DNA of 64,000 nt from Octopus sinensis (taxonomy: Eukaryota), in contig NC_043003.1 of the NCBI RefSeq assembly GCF_006345805.1, positions 49,352,001-49,416,000 of the forward strand, read 5' to 3'. Within the stretch, counting starts at the first letter, position 1, and the number at the start of each line of letters is the position of its first letter. Under the pieces are notes generated by a model that was not told the origin of the DNA, made no database searches, and was given only the letters and a program-made list of their open reading frames with translations. Positions 13,229 to 26,925 of this stretch are shown here, piece by piece. Made by a program: the position numbers and the translations under genes.

Positions 13229-13266
13229 CAGTTGAAAAGGTCTCAAATTGACCGAAACCGGTATTG
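13229..13266 (+). ncRNA. Decayed hammerhead-like motif
   Basis: TTGAAAA (2 mismatches to CTGAAGA), stem II GGTC/GACC, GAAA 13254-13257, palindromic ACCGGT and GUA triplet. (TA)n lies about 60 nt downstream. Confidence 0.5.
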
Positions 13267-13319
13267 AAATGTTCTTTATTAAAATTAATTTAGCATTTTC
13301 TATTTTGACTTGTTTGTTC

Positions 13320-13362
<43 letters not shown>

Positions 13363-13732
13363 ATTATATTATATATAATATATAATATCTATATATATAT
13401 ATATATTAATATATATATATAACATAATTTTAAAAAGAGGGCGGCTTATTAACAATTAAAAACCTAAAGGTAAAAATAGAGATCCCAAAAGTGACAATAC
13501 ATATATTATATATAATATATATATATATAATACATGGTGTGTTTGTATGTATATTACGTAAATGTCGAACAATGAGAATGAGTACCCAACACTGCATTGG
13601 TGGATAAAATGTTTTTAATAGAACTCTCGTGTTTTCATCCCAAATGGGGACGAACACAATTTCTCCATGTGATCGGCTTGAAGAATTAAGATATTTTCTT
13701 AACATGTAACCAATGGTATCCTTATTACACAA

Positions 13733-13765
<33 letters not shown>

Positions 13766-13826
13766 TACGTTAATGTCGAACGATGAAAATCAGTGCGCAA
13801 CACCGCATTGGTGGGTATGATTTCTT

Positions 13827-13952
13827 TATTTGTGAATTAAGGCTACCGTTGGTTTCATGTTGAGAAAAGTAGAAAAATATCCTAGTTTTGAGATATTAGA
13901 ATATTTTCCTACTTTTCTTAACATGAACCAATGGTAGCCTTAATCACAAATA
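13827..13952. repeat. Imperfect inverted repeat (hairpin) within a duplicated ~200-bp unit
   Basis: TTTGTGAATTAAGGCTACCGTTGGTTTCATGTTGAGAAAAGTAG pairs with CTACTTTTCTTAACATGAACCAATGGTAGCCTTAATCACAAA. A diverged sister unit lies at 13557-13737. Confidence 0.8.
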
Positions 13953-13968
13953 TACATTACATACATAC

Positions 13969-14008
<40 letters not shown>

Positions 14009-14013
14009 ATATA

Positions 14014-14072
<59 letters not shown>

Positions 14073-14243
14073 ATATATTTAACGAAAATCGAACGTACAT
14101 ACAGAGATGTGTGTGTTGTTATTTTGTGGATCAATTGCGTTTTAGGCGTAAGAGAACATATTCTCAATGCACCTGATGTTAAAACAACTGAATGTTAGTC
14201 AGAAGGAAGCGAGGCAGCTCGCATCAGGTACCATCTCGAATCC

Positions 14244-14284
14244 ACAGGCATCGATGTTTCGTCATTACTGTGACTTTTCAATGC
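14244..14284 (-). ncRNA. Decayed hammerhead-like motif
   Basis: Minus strand GCA-TTGAAAA-GTCA-cagtaa-TGAC-GAAA-CATCGATG-C-C-TGT: stem II and palindrome are intact, but the core and U16.1 are mutated. Confidence 0.35.
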
Positions 14285-14943
14285 CACGTACAGAACAGGG
14301 CCTGCTGCAAGCTGTATCGCCGAATGTGACTATATGCTAAATGGTTTGAAATGTATCTGCTGGTATGACCCAACGTTTCATGACACGCAAAAGATTCAAG
14401 TATGAATTACACAGATAGACACACACACACGGTTTACGCAACTGGAAGAGCATTAAATAAAAATCGACACCTGTATATCATACTAAATGTACACACACCG
14501 TTAGATGGCACAATGCTCTTCACAGATTTTTGTGTTAAAAATACGACGCATATCGGAGCGGCATAAACATGTGTCCACCACAGTGACTCATGACAACGAC
14601 GGCCACGTTTCACCTTTGTTGAGTGCTGAGCACTCGATTGCCAACTGCTCGCACGCACGCACACGCTCACATCATCATCATCATCATTGTTCGACCGTGG
14701 TCGAGACTTTCATAGTCTTTTCAAATGGCTAATAATGTGTGCGCGCACCACTACTACACACATTGGAAAGCATTGTACAACAAGTACTAAAGAATCTTTC
14801 CTCCTCCATGAAACAAGCTGTTCCCGCTGGATGTCAACCCAGTATTTCTAAGCTACGGACCGAGTGATTTATTGTAAGGTTATCTCCCTAGATAGATTGC
14901 CTTCACTTCGGCTAAGGAGCCCTTTCTACCCCCTTTCTACACG

Positions 14944-14988
<45 letters not shown>

Positions 14989-15171
14989 ACACACACGTAT
15001 ATGTTTGTCTATGTAAAGATATACATATGCGTGTGCATGTATATACATCCCTTCTTGCGGCACCTTGAGCAATTATTTTCTACTATAGTCTGGGCCGACG
15101 AATGTTTGTGAGAGAATTTATGTATAAATCTGTGTATTTATGTACGTATTAATGTGCTTTGTTAAGCATGC

Positions 15172-15485
15172 GAAGGCATGTGGCTTATTGGTTAGGTTAT
15201 TCGGCTCAGGATCGTAAGGTCGTGAGTTCGATTCCCGGCGACGCATTGTGTCCTTGAGCAAGACACTTTATTTCACGTTGCTCTAGTACACTCAGCTGGC
15301 AAAAGTGTGTTGTACCTGTATTTCAAGAGGCCAGCCATGTCACATTCTGTGTAATGCTGAATCTCTCGGAGAACTACGCTAAGGGTACACGTATCCGTGG
15401 AGTGCTCAACCGCTTGCACGAGCAGGCTGTTTTGTTGATCGGATCAACTGAAACCCCTGTCGTCGTAACCGAAGTAGTACCAGCG
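15172..15485 (+). mobile_element. tRNA-derived SINE
   Basis: Head GAAGGCATGTGGCTTATTGGTTAGG...GTGAGTTCGATTCCCGG followed by TGTGTCCTTGAGCAAGACACTTTATTTCAC. Confidence 0.8.
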
Positions 15486-15506
15486 TAAGTGTGTATGTGT
15501 GTTTAT

Positions 15507-15543
<37 letters not shown>

Positions 15544-16239
15544 TTGTGGGTCTTTGCTTTTCTGATCCCCACCGCTTGTCAACAGTGGTATTGATATAGA
15601 CCGTTGATATAGTGGTTCGGCAAAAAAGAAGGATGTAGTAAGTGCTAGACAGAAAGAAAAGAAAGGAACGAAGGACTGGAATCGATTTATTCGACCAAAC
15701 TCTTAAAAGCGGTGCTCTAGCATGATCATAGTCCAATGACTGCAGTAAAAAAATATCTGGAGTACAAAAATAAACGAACAAAAGAATACATACACACACG
15801 CACACATGCACACACACATATGCACATATGCACACACAAACACACACAAACACGCACATACATATTGATATGGTGAGACAGATTCATTATATTGATTATG
15901 TTGTCACGTTCATTGCGTGAACGTCTCTAGGATGCAATCAGCTTGACAAGGCCCACTCTGCTTCAAGGGACCCATTAATGCTAATATCTGCAATTATATC
16001 CTTGGGAATCATACAGCTAATCAAAGCGACTGCTGTTTTGCAACCTGAACTATAAAAGGCTTTTAAAGCACTCTCTGTGAAGCGGAGGCCCTCACACGGT
16101 TATTATAAAACGCCTACTTTCTAGTTGAACAGTTTTATGGTTCGTATCTCATAGCCATAACTCTACTGTGTCCCAGAGTAAATACCATTAATTCTGAATT
16201 CGAACTAGTGCGGGAGTCTGCGTAGTCTGCGGTTTTTTT

Positions 16240-16620
16240 AAATATCTTTTATCGTGTTTACATGTTTTCAATCATTGGACTACAGCCATACTGGTGCACT
16301 GCCTTGAAGTGTTTAGTAGAATAAGTACCTCAGCTTGGTACTTATTCTATCGGTTTCTTTTGCCAAGCTGCTAAGTTACAGGGACGTTAACAAACCAACA
16401 CTAGTTGTCAACCGATGGGTGGGAAACACAAATACAAAGACATAACTAATACAGATATACACACATAGGTATACACACACACACACACACGCACATACAC
16501 ATATTTAAGTACATACGACGAGATTCTACACAGTTTCCATCTACCAAATTATTTCTAATGACATTGATCAGCCCTGGGTTATGACAGAAGAGACTTGCCT
16601 TAGGTGACACGCAATGAGGA
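16240..16620 (-). mobile_element. CORE-type SINE (diverged)
   Basis: Head, internal microsatellite and tail are colinear with 37770-38185. Confidence 0.7.
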
Positions 16621-17186
16621 GACTGAATTGCTACCCATGATTTGTGAAAATAACAACCAAATCTATTTCGAAATTTTAAAGAAGAGAAAAATAGTAATAA
16701 CGATTTGGCTAATATAATCCTAGGAATGCAAAATGGTGGATGATGAACGTTTATTTCATTAAGACTGACTAAGGATTAAAGAACCCCTACCCCCACAAAA
16801 AAAAAACACTTCGTCATAGCTTCGTTTAATGGAATTTTAGTTTTGTTCGACCGAACAGACCGACGATCAAAAATGTTCCAACTATAATTACTCTGTCATC
16901 TGAAAGGTACGAACAACGTATAAAGTTAGCGATGAGATTTTAGTTGTTACCTTCACATACGCGTACATATACGCACACACAAAGACACACTCACTTAGAT
17001 ACGCATGCACGCATACACACACATGCAGGCAGACAGACAGACACAGACAGACAGACACACACACATAAAAGTTGTGTGCGCCCGGAGGCGGAAAGGCCTT
17101 TCGCTGCGGAAATATTCCAGGGAGAAAATTTTCCTCATAGACAATATTCGTGAAAACACAGTAGGTTATGAATGATATCATCCGGT

Positions 17187-17231
17187 CGTAGGACTCATGC
17201 GTTTCTGCATTTTTACGCTTCATAATCTACA
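17187..17231 (-). ncRNA. Decayed hammerhead-like motif
   Basis: Minus strand TGTAG-ATTATGA-A-GCGT-aaaa-ATGC-A-GAAA-CGCATGAGT-C-CTACG: 5-bp stem I, near-palindromic stem III and GUC triplet, with 2 core substitutions. Confidence 0.5.
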
Positions 17232-17489
17232 GATACCGAATTAGTCGTTCACAACCCTCAGAGAACCATCGTTTATATAAATAAAACAGTTAATACTGCT
17301 TTTGCTGATGTGCGCATCCCTAGGCGATCTCTATGTACAAAAATTTCTCCGAAGAATATTCCCACTGTGAAAGGAATATCGTTCTATTTGTCAAAGTTCG
17401 TATTAACCGGCATCTTTTTTTGCTTGAAAATCCTACCATTTCCAGAATATCACTTAGTGGCATAAAAAAAGAGAAGGATCTCCTTCGGT

Positions 17490-17810
17490 TATGAATAACC
17501 ATGGGATTACACTTAGAAAGTTACTCTCCGAGGCACAAGTTCGGGAAAGGTTGTTTATAGAAGACCAACAGTCGCCCATGCATACAAGCCTTCCCTCTCC
17601 ATCGATGCTATCCAAGGGAAAGGCAAACGCCGATACAGCTTAGTTTGGCACTAGTGACGTCACAAGTCATTTCTGCAGCTGAGTGAACTGCAAGAACGTG
17701 AAATAAAGTGTCTTGCTTGAGGACACAACACACAGCCCGGTCCGAGAATCGAAGTCACTACCTCGTGACTGTGAGCCCGACACGCTAACCACTGAGCCAT
17801 TCGCCTTCAC
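17490..17810 (-). mobile_element. tRNA-derived SINE (same family as 15172)
   Basis: Reverse complement head GAAGGCGAATGGCTCAGTGGTTAGCGTGTCGG...GACTTCGATTCTCGG with full body. Confidence 0.8.
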
Positions 17811-17821
17811 CAATAATTATT

Positions 17822-18235
17822 AGTATTCTTTTCTTTTATTTGTTTCAGTCATTTGGCTGCGGCCATGCTGGAGCACTGCCTTTAGTTGAAGAAATTTCCT
17901 CCAAGACTCCTTCTTTGTAAGCCTAGTACCTTTTGCCGAACCGCTAAGTTACAGGGACGTAAGTGCACCAACATCGGTTGTCAAGCGATGGTGAGAGAAC
18001 AGACACAGACACACAAACACACACACACACACACACATGAACACACATATATATAAATATATATACACGATGAGCTTCTTTCAGTTTCCGTCTACCAAAT
18101 CCACTCACAAAGCTTTGGTCGGCTATTGGCTATAGTAGAAGACACTTGCCCATGTTGCCACGCAGTGGGACTGAACTTCCGAACCATGTGGCTGGTAAGC
18201 AAGCTACTTACTACACAACCACTCCTGCGCCTATA
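17822..18235 (-). mobile_element. CORE-type SINE, full length
   Basis: tRNA-like head, GGCAACATGGGCAAGTGTCTTC core-like block, internal (CA)n/(TA)n and conserved tail ending GACTGAAACAAATAAAAG. Confidence 0.85.
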
Positions 18236-19200
18236 AATGAATATTTAATATATTTTGTATCGCCTATGGATCATATAAATTTAAGTAACCAAGATAGAGA
18301 AGCTGCAAGTTTCAAAGCAGTTGTCCATAGGTATTCTTCTTACTGATTTTGGAAAAGATGTTTAAATCTGCAGGCAACTAATCTCTGTGGCTATTGCTTG
18401 GAGGTTAATTTAGGTTACCCGTAGAATATAAGTTCATTTCTCAGAGAATGATGAAACCTACTTTATAGAGTCAAGACATCCCCAAACATTTGTGAATTTA
18501 TGGATGAAATAATGTGTGCTTGTATGCGGAGGTGCGTCGATATACTTGTTCTCATATAACCGCAGTACAAGTTACTTTAGTACACCATTCTGCAATCAGT
18601 CAGGTGTCCCTCTAATGTTCGGTAAGATTGCCCAGTTTTCTTTGTGTTGTGTTGCATGCATATAATCAGCTAGGCTCTTGTTTCCAGTTCATTATTTGAT
18701 GTTGTCAGTTCACAGACGTCTTTGATCGACTCTTGCTCTCTTTCCCCACCATACCTCCTACAAAAAGGACCTTAAACAAATAACCGTGGCTTATATTACA
18801 AATATGAAGGCTTTGTGGTGTTGATATCAACAATAGGTGTCTTTGGACATTCACCTTTTACACTATGTGCGTATTTGATTATACTGTGCTTGTGTGTATT
18901 TGTGTGTGTGATACGAAAACATGCAATTCTAGGAAACACTGATGGAAAAATGTTTTGGAATATTTTACGAATATCCTCTAAAGAAATTATCGGTCAGATT
19001 TGGAGGACGCAAATCAGTTTGCATTGGTCTTTCATGGTAAATCCCGCAATCTTGCTATATAGCCCATTTCAGCTGATAATAGTTAAAAAGAGAATATATA
19101 TAATCAGGCCACGCGTACTATAAGAATATATGCATGCGTTTATGCAGCTATGTACATATATACCTATATGTATATGCGCATATATATACATATACATACA

Positions 19201-19273
<73 letters not shown>

Positions 19274-19464
19274 ATCGATGGATGGATGGATATATATGCA
19301 TACAAAGGCGCGCACATTTACGTCTGCACTCTTCGAAGTTCAAAGCGATAAAATTGGTAGTAACCTATTATTCAGGCTCATAGGAACAGACAACACACAC
19401 GCACACACACACATGTGCGTGTAGGTTATATGTAATATTACATAGAGCTATATTAGTATCGTCG

Positions 19465-19900
19465 TATATATGTATGTGTGTATGTATATATGTTATATAT
19501 ATATGTATATATATATATTCATATATGTCTATATATATATGTATGTATATGAATATATATACATATATATATGTATGTATATATATATATATATATTCAT
19601 ATATATATACGTATATATATACATATGCATATATATATATATGTGTGCGTCTATATATTTATATACATATACATACAATATATATATATACATATACATA
19701 TACATATATATATATATGTATATGTATATATATATTGTATGTATATGTATATATATATTGTATGTATATGTATATATATATATATATATACATATACATA
19801 CATACATATATATATTATATATATATATATATATATACATCATACATACATATATATATATACATATACATACATACATATATATATATATATAGGTACA
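19465..19900. repeat. Compound (TA)n/(TATG)n microsatellite
   Basis: Directly visible. Confidence 0.95.
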
Positions 19901-19978
19901 TATATTTGTGTCAGTTACTGTGTGTAATGGCCATAATAGAACAATAGTCGACATTAATAACTAATAGCACATACTGAA

Positions 19979-20010
<32 letters not shown>

Positions 20011-20697
20011 CACACGCACAGATGCAACTATGTACTTACTCATATGCATGTGTGTGGGTGTGAGTCTATGGTGCAGTATACGCACATAGGTTTTTCTTCC
20101 CGCTAAAGCTAAACTAATAAAATCGCTACTTATCCCCATCATCGCTCCCGACCACTCCTATCGCCACCCAGTTCCCCTTTCCTTCATCCCACTGCTGCTT
20201 CCGCCCACAAGGTCCATCCCCCACCACTATCCTTCCGCCATTCTCTTCCTTTGCCCCGCCATACAGTCTTTATCTCTTTTCGCCTTTTCTCTGTTTCTTG
20301 TAGCTGGAAATCAATATTTCCAAATATCTTGTGCAGAACCTATTTCTAGCTTCTAGGCCAAAAGGGGACACACGGTATTATGAGTTATGTGCTCGTGTGT
20401 GAATGTGTCTAAGTGTGTGTGTGAGTGCGCGTGCGTGTGTGTAAATAGGTGTGAGTGCGCGTGCGCCATGTATATGAGCGCATGCGTGTGTGTGTGTCTG
20501 TGTGTCACTGTGTGTGTGTGTATTCGAGGGTGTGACTGCGCACAAGGCGTGGTTCAAGGTTCGATTCTAATGTGCAGTTCCTTAGGAAACTTTTAATCCT
20601 TCCCCTGTTATTTTCGAGTCGACCAACAATCCCATGGTGAATAGAATATAGAATTTGGTAGAAATGTTATAAACAACAACGTGTATGTATACATACG

Positions 20698-20752
<55 letters not shown>

Positions 20753-20756
20753 ATAT

Positions 20757-20805
<49 letters not shown>

Positions 20806-20840
20806 CTATCATTCGATATATTATACAATATTCAGAATTT

Positions 20841-20934
20841 ATATCTCTGAAGAGCGGGAGGGTTGTCTACAAATGCTTATCAATATAGGTTTTTATTATA
20901 GGTACAACTCTTCTGCGAAACGATCGTAAGATGT
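20841..20934 (+). ncRNA. Type I hammerhead ribozyme, canonical core (GUA triplet)
   Basis: Stem I ATATCT 20841-20846 / AGATGT 20929-20934; CTGAAGA 20847-20853; 13-bp stem II GCGGGAGGGTTGT/ACAACTCTTCTGC with G10.1-C11.1 and three G-U pairs; GAAA 20917-20920; palindromic ACGATCGT 20920-20927; A17=20928. Inside a 305-bp element (20805-21109) between two (TA)n tracts. Confidence 0.9.
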
Positions 20935-21140
20935 TAAAATAATTAATTCGAAATTTTTTAATTATCAAATTTATTTTATACAGTATAATTATATTTTTAT
21001 ATATATTCATTTATATATATTTTTAATGCAATAATTTCTTTCACACGGGTATATCTTTATGATGAGTTTGGATATTAATTTCCCTGTATTAATAATATAT
21101 TATTAAAAATATATATATATATATATACACACATACATGT

Positions 21141-21445
21141 GGAGGCACATGGCCTAGTGGTTAGAGCAGCGGACCTCGCGGTCGAGGGATCGTGGATTCG
21201 AATCTGAGACCTGGCGATGTGTGTATTTATGAGCGAAACACCTAAGCTCCACGCGGTTCCAGCAGAAGGTACTTAATTCTTAATGGCGAACTTCTGCTGA
21301 TTCTTTCGCCACAACTTTCTCTCACTCTTTCCTCCTGCATCTTGCAGCTCACCTGCGATGGACCGGCGTCCCCGTCCTGGTGGTGAGCCTATATGCCAAG
21401 GAAACCGGGAAATCGACCTTATGAGCCAGGCGTGGATCGAGAAGG
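21141..21445 (+). mobile_element. tRNA-derived SINE, family R
   Basis: GGAGGCACATGGCCTAGTGGTTAGAGCAGCGG head; body related to 8752 and 22678. Confidence 0.8.
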
Positions 21446-22677
21446 AAAAAAACCCAACAAAATACACATACATACGTTTATGAATTTGTCCGGATTTGCG
21501 GGCCTTGAGCCAAAATTGGAAACCATTATATATACATATATAACTCACATACATGCGAGCGCGCGTGTGTAATATTGAAAATACTACAGTGCAGCATAAC
21601 GCATTCCTGGAAGATTACGTCTGAGGAATGTACTTTATAAAAACAGTACTCTAAACAGTATTTCATTACAATTGTACTTCAAAGCCTAGAGAAGGGACAG
21701 TCTTCTACAAGGAAAAAAAATAATGTAGCAGAATCGAGATCTCTGAAGAAATGTTGCTCATCAAAAATAGGTGTTGAATATATATATTCGTTTTCCAGAA
21801 CGGAACCATTTCTGAAAACCCCTGTTATATGGTGTCTCATTTCTTCATCCTAAGATTACATTATTCAATGTGATTTTCTCCCTTATCAAGACAGAGGCGG
21901 TATCCCAGCATGGCCGCAATCCAATGACTGCAACAAATATAAAAAAAAAAACAAAAGCTATAATTACGGCTAAATAAAAAAAACTTCAGCTGCTATACTG
22001 ACTGTGAGAAAAGATACTAGGTCATTTATAGGCAACGACGTTCACTTTGCCTTTCATCCTTTAGGGGTTGATAAATTAAGTACCAGTTGTGTACTGGGGT
22101 CGATATAATCGACTTGCTCCCCCCCTCCAAATTTTTGGCCTTGTACCTGAAAGTAGAAAGGATTATTTATTGGCAATGAAAAACTCTGATGGGTAACTTA
22201 TATGCAATAAGAAATCATTGGTGGTCAGTTATAGGCAGCGAGAAACTTTAGTGGAGGCAATTAGTAACAGTTATGGTAGTTCCTATATAGGCGATGAAAG
22301 AATATGATGTGTCATTTATAGACTATAAGAAACTGCTTTAGTCGATGAACCAGTGAACCTGCCTCTACATGGACTTTCGACCTGCAAGAAATTGTGAGCT
22401 AAATGTCTTTTCCTAAATTTCTTACAATATTAAAAGAGCGGAAGCTTCAGCGTGATCGCTCTACCTCCTAGAAATAACAGATAGATATCTCTGATATCTC
22501 TAAAATCACGTCTTAGAAAAGACAAAACGAAATATCAGATTAACGAGATCTTAGTTGCAACCACTCGATTATTACGGTTGTAATGTCTTTGATCAGAAGT
22601 CCATTTGATCGGGTTTGATTTAGGGCTAAATAAAAAAAAAAACAATAGTACCAAGCGCAACAACAACAGCAACAACA

Positions 22678-23030
22678 GGAGGCGCAATGACCCAGTGGTT
22701 AGGGCAGCGGTCTCGCGGTCGGAGGATCGCGGTTTCGATTCCCAGACCGGGCGTTGAGTGTGTTTATTGAGCGAAAACACATAAAGCTCTTCGAGGTTCC
22801 GGCAGGAGGTTGGTGGTGGCGACCCCTGTTGTACTCTTTCGCCCCAACTTTCTCTCACTCTTTCTTCCTGTTTCTTGTCCCCGACTTCCTACGCAACCGC
22901 TGAGCCTGAATGCGCATTCATCCATCCGTCGATGCTCTCGGTGTCGGGGTGTTGACCTGCTTTCTCTTCTGCGGGTCTTACGAATAGCAAAGGACCAGGT
23001 TTCGGACTTCTCCCATCTTGCGAGCTCTGG
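22678..23030 (+). mobile_element. tRNA-derived SINE, family R
   Basis: GGAGGCGCAATGACCCAGTGGTTAGGGCAGCGG...GGTTTCGATTCCC; near-identical to 27485-27765. Confidence 0.85.
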
Positions 23031-23911
23031 GACGAAGACCGTTCGCTCAACAGCAACAGCAACAACAAGGAAAGCAGTAACAGTAAGAAATGCTACACCA
23101 ACAGTAATGGCAACACGAACGACTTCAATAATATCAGCAGCAAAAAAACATCGCTAAGAATTGCAGCGAAGATAGTCTGGTATGTGGTCTCTTTTAAAGA
23201 AACCTATACAAAGTCATACGTATAAAGCTGTTAAACAGAGGAAATTAATGAATTAGTGTATGTATGTACTACGTATGTTTATATAGATACACATATATAT
23301 ATACATGGATACATGCTTGTATGTATGTGTATGTATGTAGTATGTATTGGGAAAGAGACACACTCTCACATAGAGCTATACATATACACACAGCTACGTT
23401 ATTGTATTTTATTGTATTTTATTTTAATGTCACCTATGATATATTAGCAAAGAACATATGTAGAAAGTAAAAGACAGAGAAGAAAAAGAGATAGAGAGAG
23501 GGGGGGATGAAGGAAGAGAGAAAAAAGAGAGGGAGAGAAAGAAATAGAGAGTGAAAGAAAGAAAGAAAAGAGAATGAGTAAGAAAGAGTGAGAGAGATTT
23601 CGGCAATGTTCTTGGCCTCAGCTTGTCTCCTCGAATATACCATTTTCAAACGTAAAAAAAAAAATAAATGAAAAATGACTTGACTACAAGTAGATTTAAT
23701 ATAAAACTAAATAAAATATAGAATAAAATGGAGATTTTATAAGAAACGAGGAGAAATAGTTTTAAGAAATAAAATAAAAGAATAAGAAAGTTTTTAGAAA
23801 AATATGTATGAAATAAAATAAAGTAATATTTTTTTTTAAAATGACTGAATGGAAAATATTTAAAGAGCAAAAACAACACTCAGGAGAAAATCTGTATATG
23901 TATAAATTTTA

Positions 23912-23978
<67 letters not shown>

Positions 23979-24149
23979 ATATATACATATATATATATTT
24001 ATCTACATGCGCGCGCACACACCCACACGTTTGTGTTTGTCCAGAATGAAGGAGGGAAAGAGGGAGAAGGAAAAAGAAGCAGATGAGGACTCTTGATTGC
24101 GTCCGCCATGTTAAACAGAATGTTTTTCAATTATTTATGGGAAATTTAG

Positions 24150-24183
<34 letters not shown>

Positions 24184-24373
24184 GAAAGAAACAGGATGAG
24201 AAAGAGAGAGAGAGAGAGAGAAGAGAGAGATAACTGATTTAATGAAATCTAATATATTTGACTGTTTCTTATTTCATCGATCTTCAAAGATAAGATGATG
24301 AAAGGCAGATTTAATAACTGTGAGAAGCTCTCTTAACTCAAAAGACATCTGACTCCATAAGTTGGTTTTTTCC

Positions 24374-24447
<74 letters not shown>

Positions 24448-24689
24448 TGTTATTTAGTCCGTGATCAACCTACATCAATACGACCTATTTGTGATGATCA
24501 GAGGTATTCTAACCATAACCACTTCGTACTTTTAAACTGTATTTTTTCTCTCACGAACTTCATTATCTAAATTATCTAATATGTCCTTCCTTGTAATGTA
24601 TTATGTATCAAAAACAGTGGGATATGACCGTGGGCTATTTCTAGCGAGTGGTGCTGCCATGACTGTTATAGTAAATAATGATTTAGACA

Positions 24690-25105
24690 CATAACCAGTA
24701 GTTTTGAGGGGAGGGGGAATTATCGGTACATCGACTCCAGTATTTGACAGGTATTGTATTTTATCGACCTCCAAAAAGGATAAAAGGCGAAGCCTACCTC
24801 GGCCGGATTTGAACTCAGAATGTAAGAAGCCGGAACAAATACGCTAGACATTTTTTTGAAATGCTCTGATGATTCGGCCAGCTCGCAAATAAAAATGCTT
24901 TTCTACTATAGACACGAAGCCTGAAATTTGAGGGGAGTTGTCTAGTCGATTACAATGGCCCCCAGTGTTTCACTGGTACTTTTTTTATTGATTCCGAAAG
25001 GATGAAAGGAAAAGTCGACAACGGGGGAATTCGAGTCCAGGGCATATAGTCGGAAAATTTGTTGCTTAGCATTTTGTCCAGCGCGGCAATGATTCTGCCA
25101 GCTAG
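24690..25105 (-). mobile_element. Two diverged family M SINE copies
   Basis: GGATAAAAGGCGAAGCCTACCTCGG and GGATGAAAGGAAAAGTCGAC blocks with heads; a further copy lies at 25497-25800. Confidence 0.7.
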
Positions 25106-25162
<57 letters not shown>

Positions 25163-25495
25163 TCTATATATAAACGGCAAAATGTCTGTCTGCGTGTGTG
25201 TGTGTATCCTTTATACAAATCCACAATTTTTCAGTTAGATGGCTCGCACTTTCTATGGTCATTCAAAACCGTCCAAGTGTGGTCGTGCACATCATTACAT
25301 TTCCCCAGTCATTCCGCAAAGCTATTAAAAAATCAATAGATGTGACTTTTTTGTGAATTTTCTATCCAAAACCCAATCAAAATGCCCGAAACTTGATACG
25401 CCAATTGAATGCCAGCTAGCTGTAACTGATTGGTCGGAGATTTGGACAGTACTCGCGTGTATGTGCGCACGCACACAGCTGTATATGCATGCACT
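25163..25495 (+). mobile_element. Possible non-autonomous Helitron 5' fragment
   Basis: Begins TCTATATATAAA followed by a TGTCTGTCTG microsatellite, typical of Helitron 5' ends. No 3' hairpin/CTRR end is seen, as a SINE follows. Confidence 0.45.
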
Positions 25496-25835
25496 AGGCC
25501 TATGAACCGGCGTACTTAATTTATCGACCCTGAAAGGATGAAAGGCAAAGTCAACCTCCGCGGAATTGGAAATCAGAACGTAAAAACGGACGAAATGCCG
25601 CCAAGTATTTTGCCTGGTGTGCTAATGATTCTGCTATCTCGCCGCCTCCCATATGATATCAATAATAATCCTCTCTACCATAGGCACAAGACCTGAAATT
25701 TGGGAGGATAGGACTAATCGATTACATCGACCCCAGTGCGTAACTGGTACTTATTTCATTGACTCCGAAAGGATGAAAGGCAAAGTCGACCTTACCAGAA
25801 GGTAAGGACGAACGAAACTAATAACAAATAAAAGA

Positions 25836-25868
<33 letters not shown>

Positions 25869-25929
25869 CACGTAGACCCTCAAGGGTAACGTAGACTTTT
25901 GAGGTCCATATAAGATTCTGTTGTTAAAC

Positions 25930-26182
25930 TGTATTCTTTTATTCTTTTACTTGTTTCAGTCATTTGACTGCGGCCATGCTGGAGCACCACCACCCTTAGT
26001 CCAACAAATCGACGCTAGGACTTATTCTTTGTAAGCCTAGTACTTATTCTATCGGCCTCTTTGGCCGAACTGCTAAGTTACGGGGACGTAAACACACCAC
26101 CATCGGTTGTCAAGCGATGCTGGGGGACAATCACAGACAGAAACACATACACAACACACACATATATGTATATATATATATT

Positions 26183-26227
<45 letters not shown>

Positions 26228-26395
26228 ATACAACGAGATTCTTTAAGTTTTTGTCTAACAAATCCACTCACTAGGCTTTGTTCGGCCCGAGGCTATAATA
26301 GAAGACAGTTGCCCAAGGTGCTATACACTGAGTCTGAACCCGTAACCATGTAGTTGGGAAGTAAGCTTCTTACCACACAGCCACTCCTGCGCCTG
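25930..26395 (-). mobile_element. CORE-type SINE, full length
   Basis: Colinear with 37770-38185; a second copy follows at 26610-27100. Confidence 0.85.
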
Positions 26396-26548
26396 TGTGC
26401 AATAAACTTTTTATACTTCTACAATACACAAAATATCTTAACATTTTTTTTAATACAATTCCTTTTATTATTTAATCATTCTTTTATTTGCTTACTTGTC
26501 TTAGTTCTTTTTGACTGCTGCCATTCTGAAACGTATAAAAGAATAAAA

Positions 26549-26608
<60 letters not shown>

Positions 26609-26609
26609 T

Positions 26610-26869
26610 ATATTCTTTTTACTTGTTTCCGTCATTTGATTGTGGCCATGCTGGAGCACTGCCTTGAAGGGTTATAGTCGAAGAAATCAACGCTGGTCAT
26701 GTTCTTTGTAAGCCTAGTACTTATTCTGTCAGTTTTTTGTCGAACTGCTAAGTTACGGGGGACATAAACGCACCAACATTGGTTGTCAAGCTATGATGGA
26801 CACTCGCACACACACACATACACACACACACACACAGACACACACAACCACACAACCACACACACACAC

Positions 26870-26925
<56 letters not shown>

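Noticed and set aside
21626-21815. CTGAGGA (21630) and CTGAAGA (21746) with partial stem II pairing
   Set aside because: GAAA is mutated or the core overlaps the stem, and stem I does not pair; too degraded to call.
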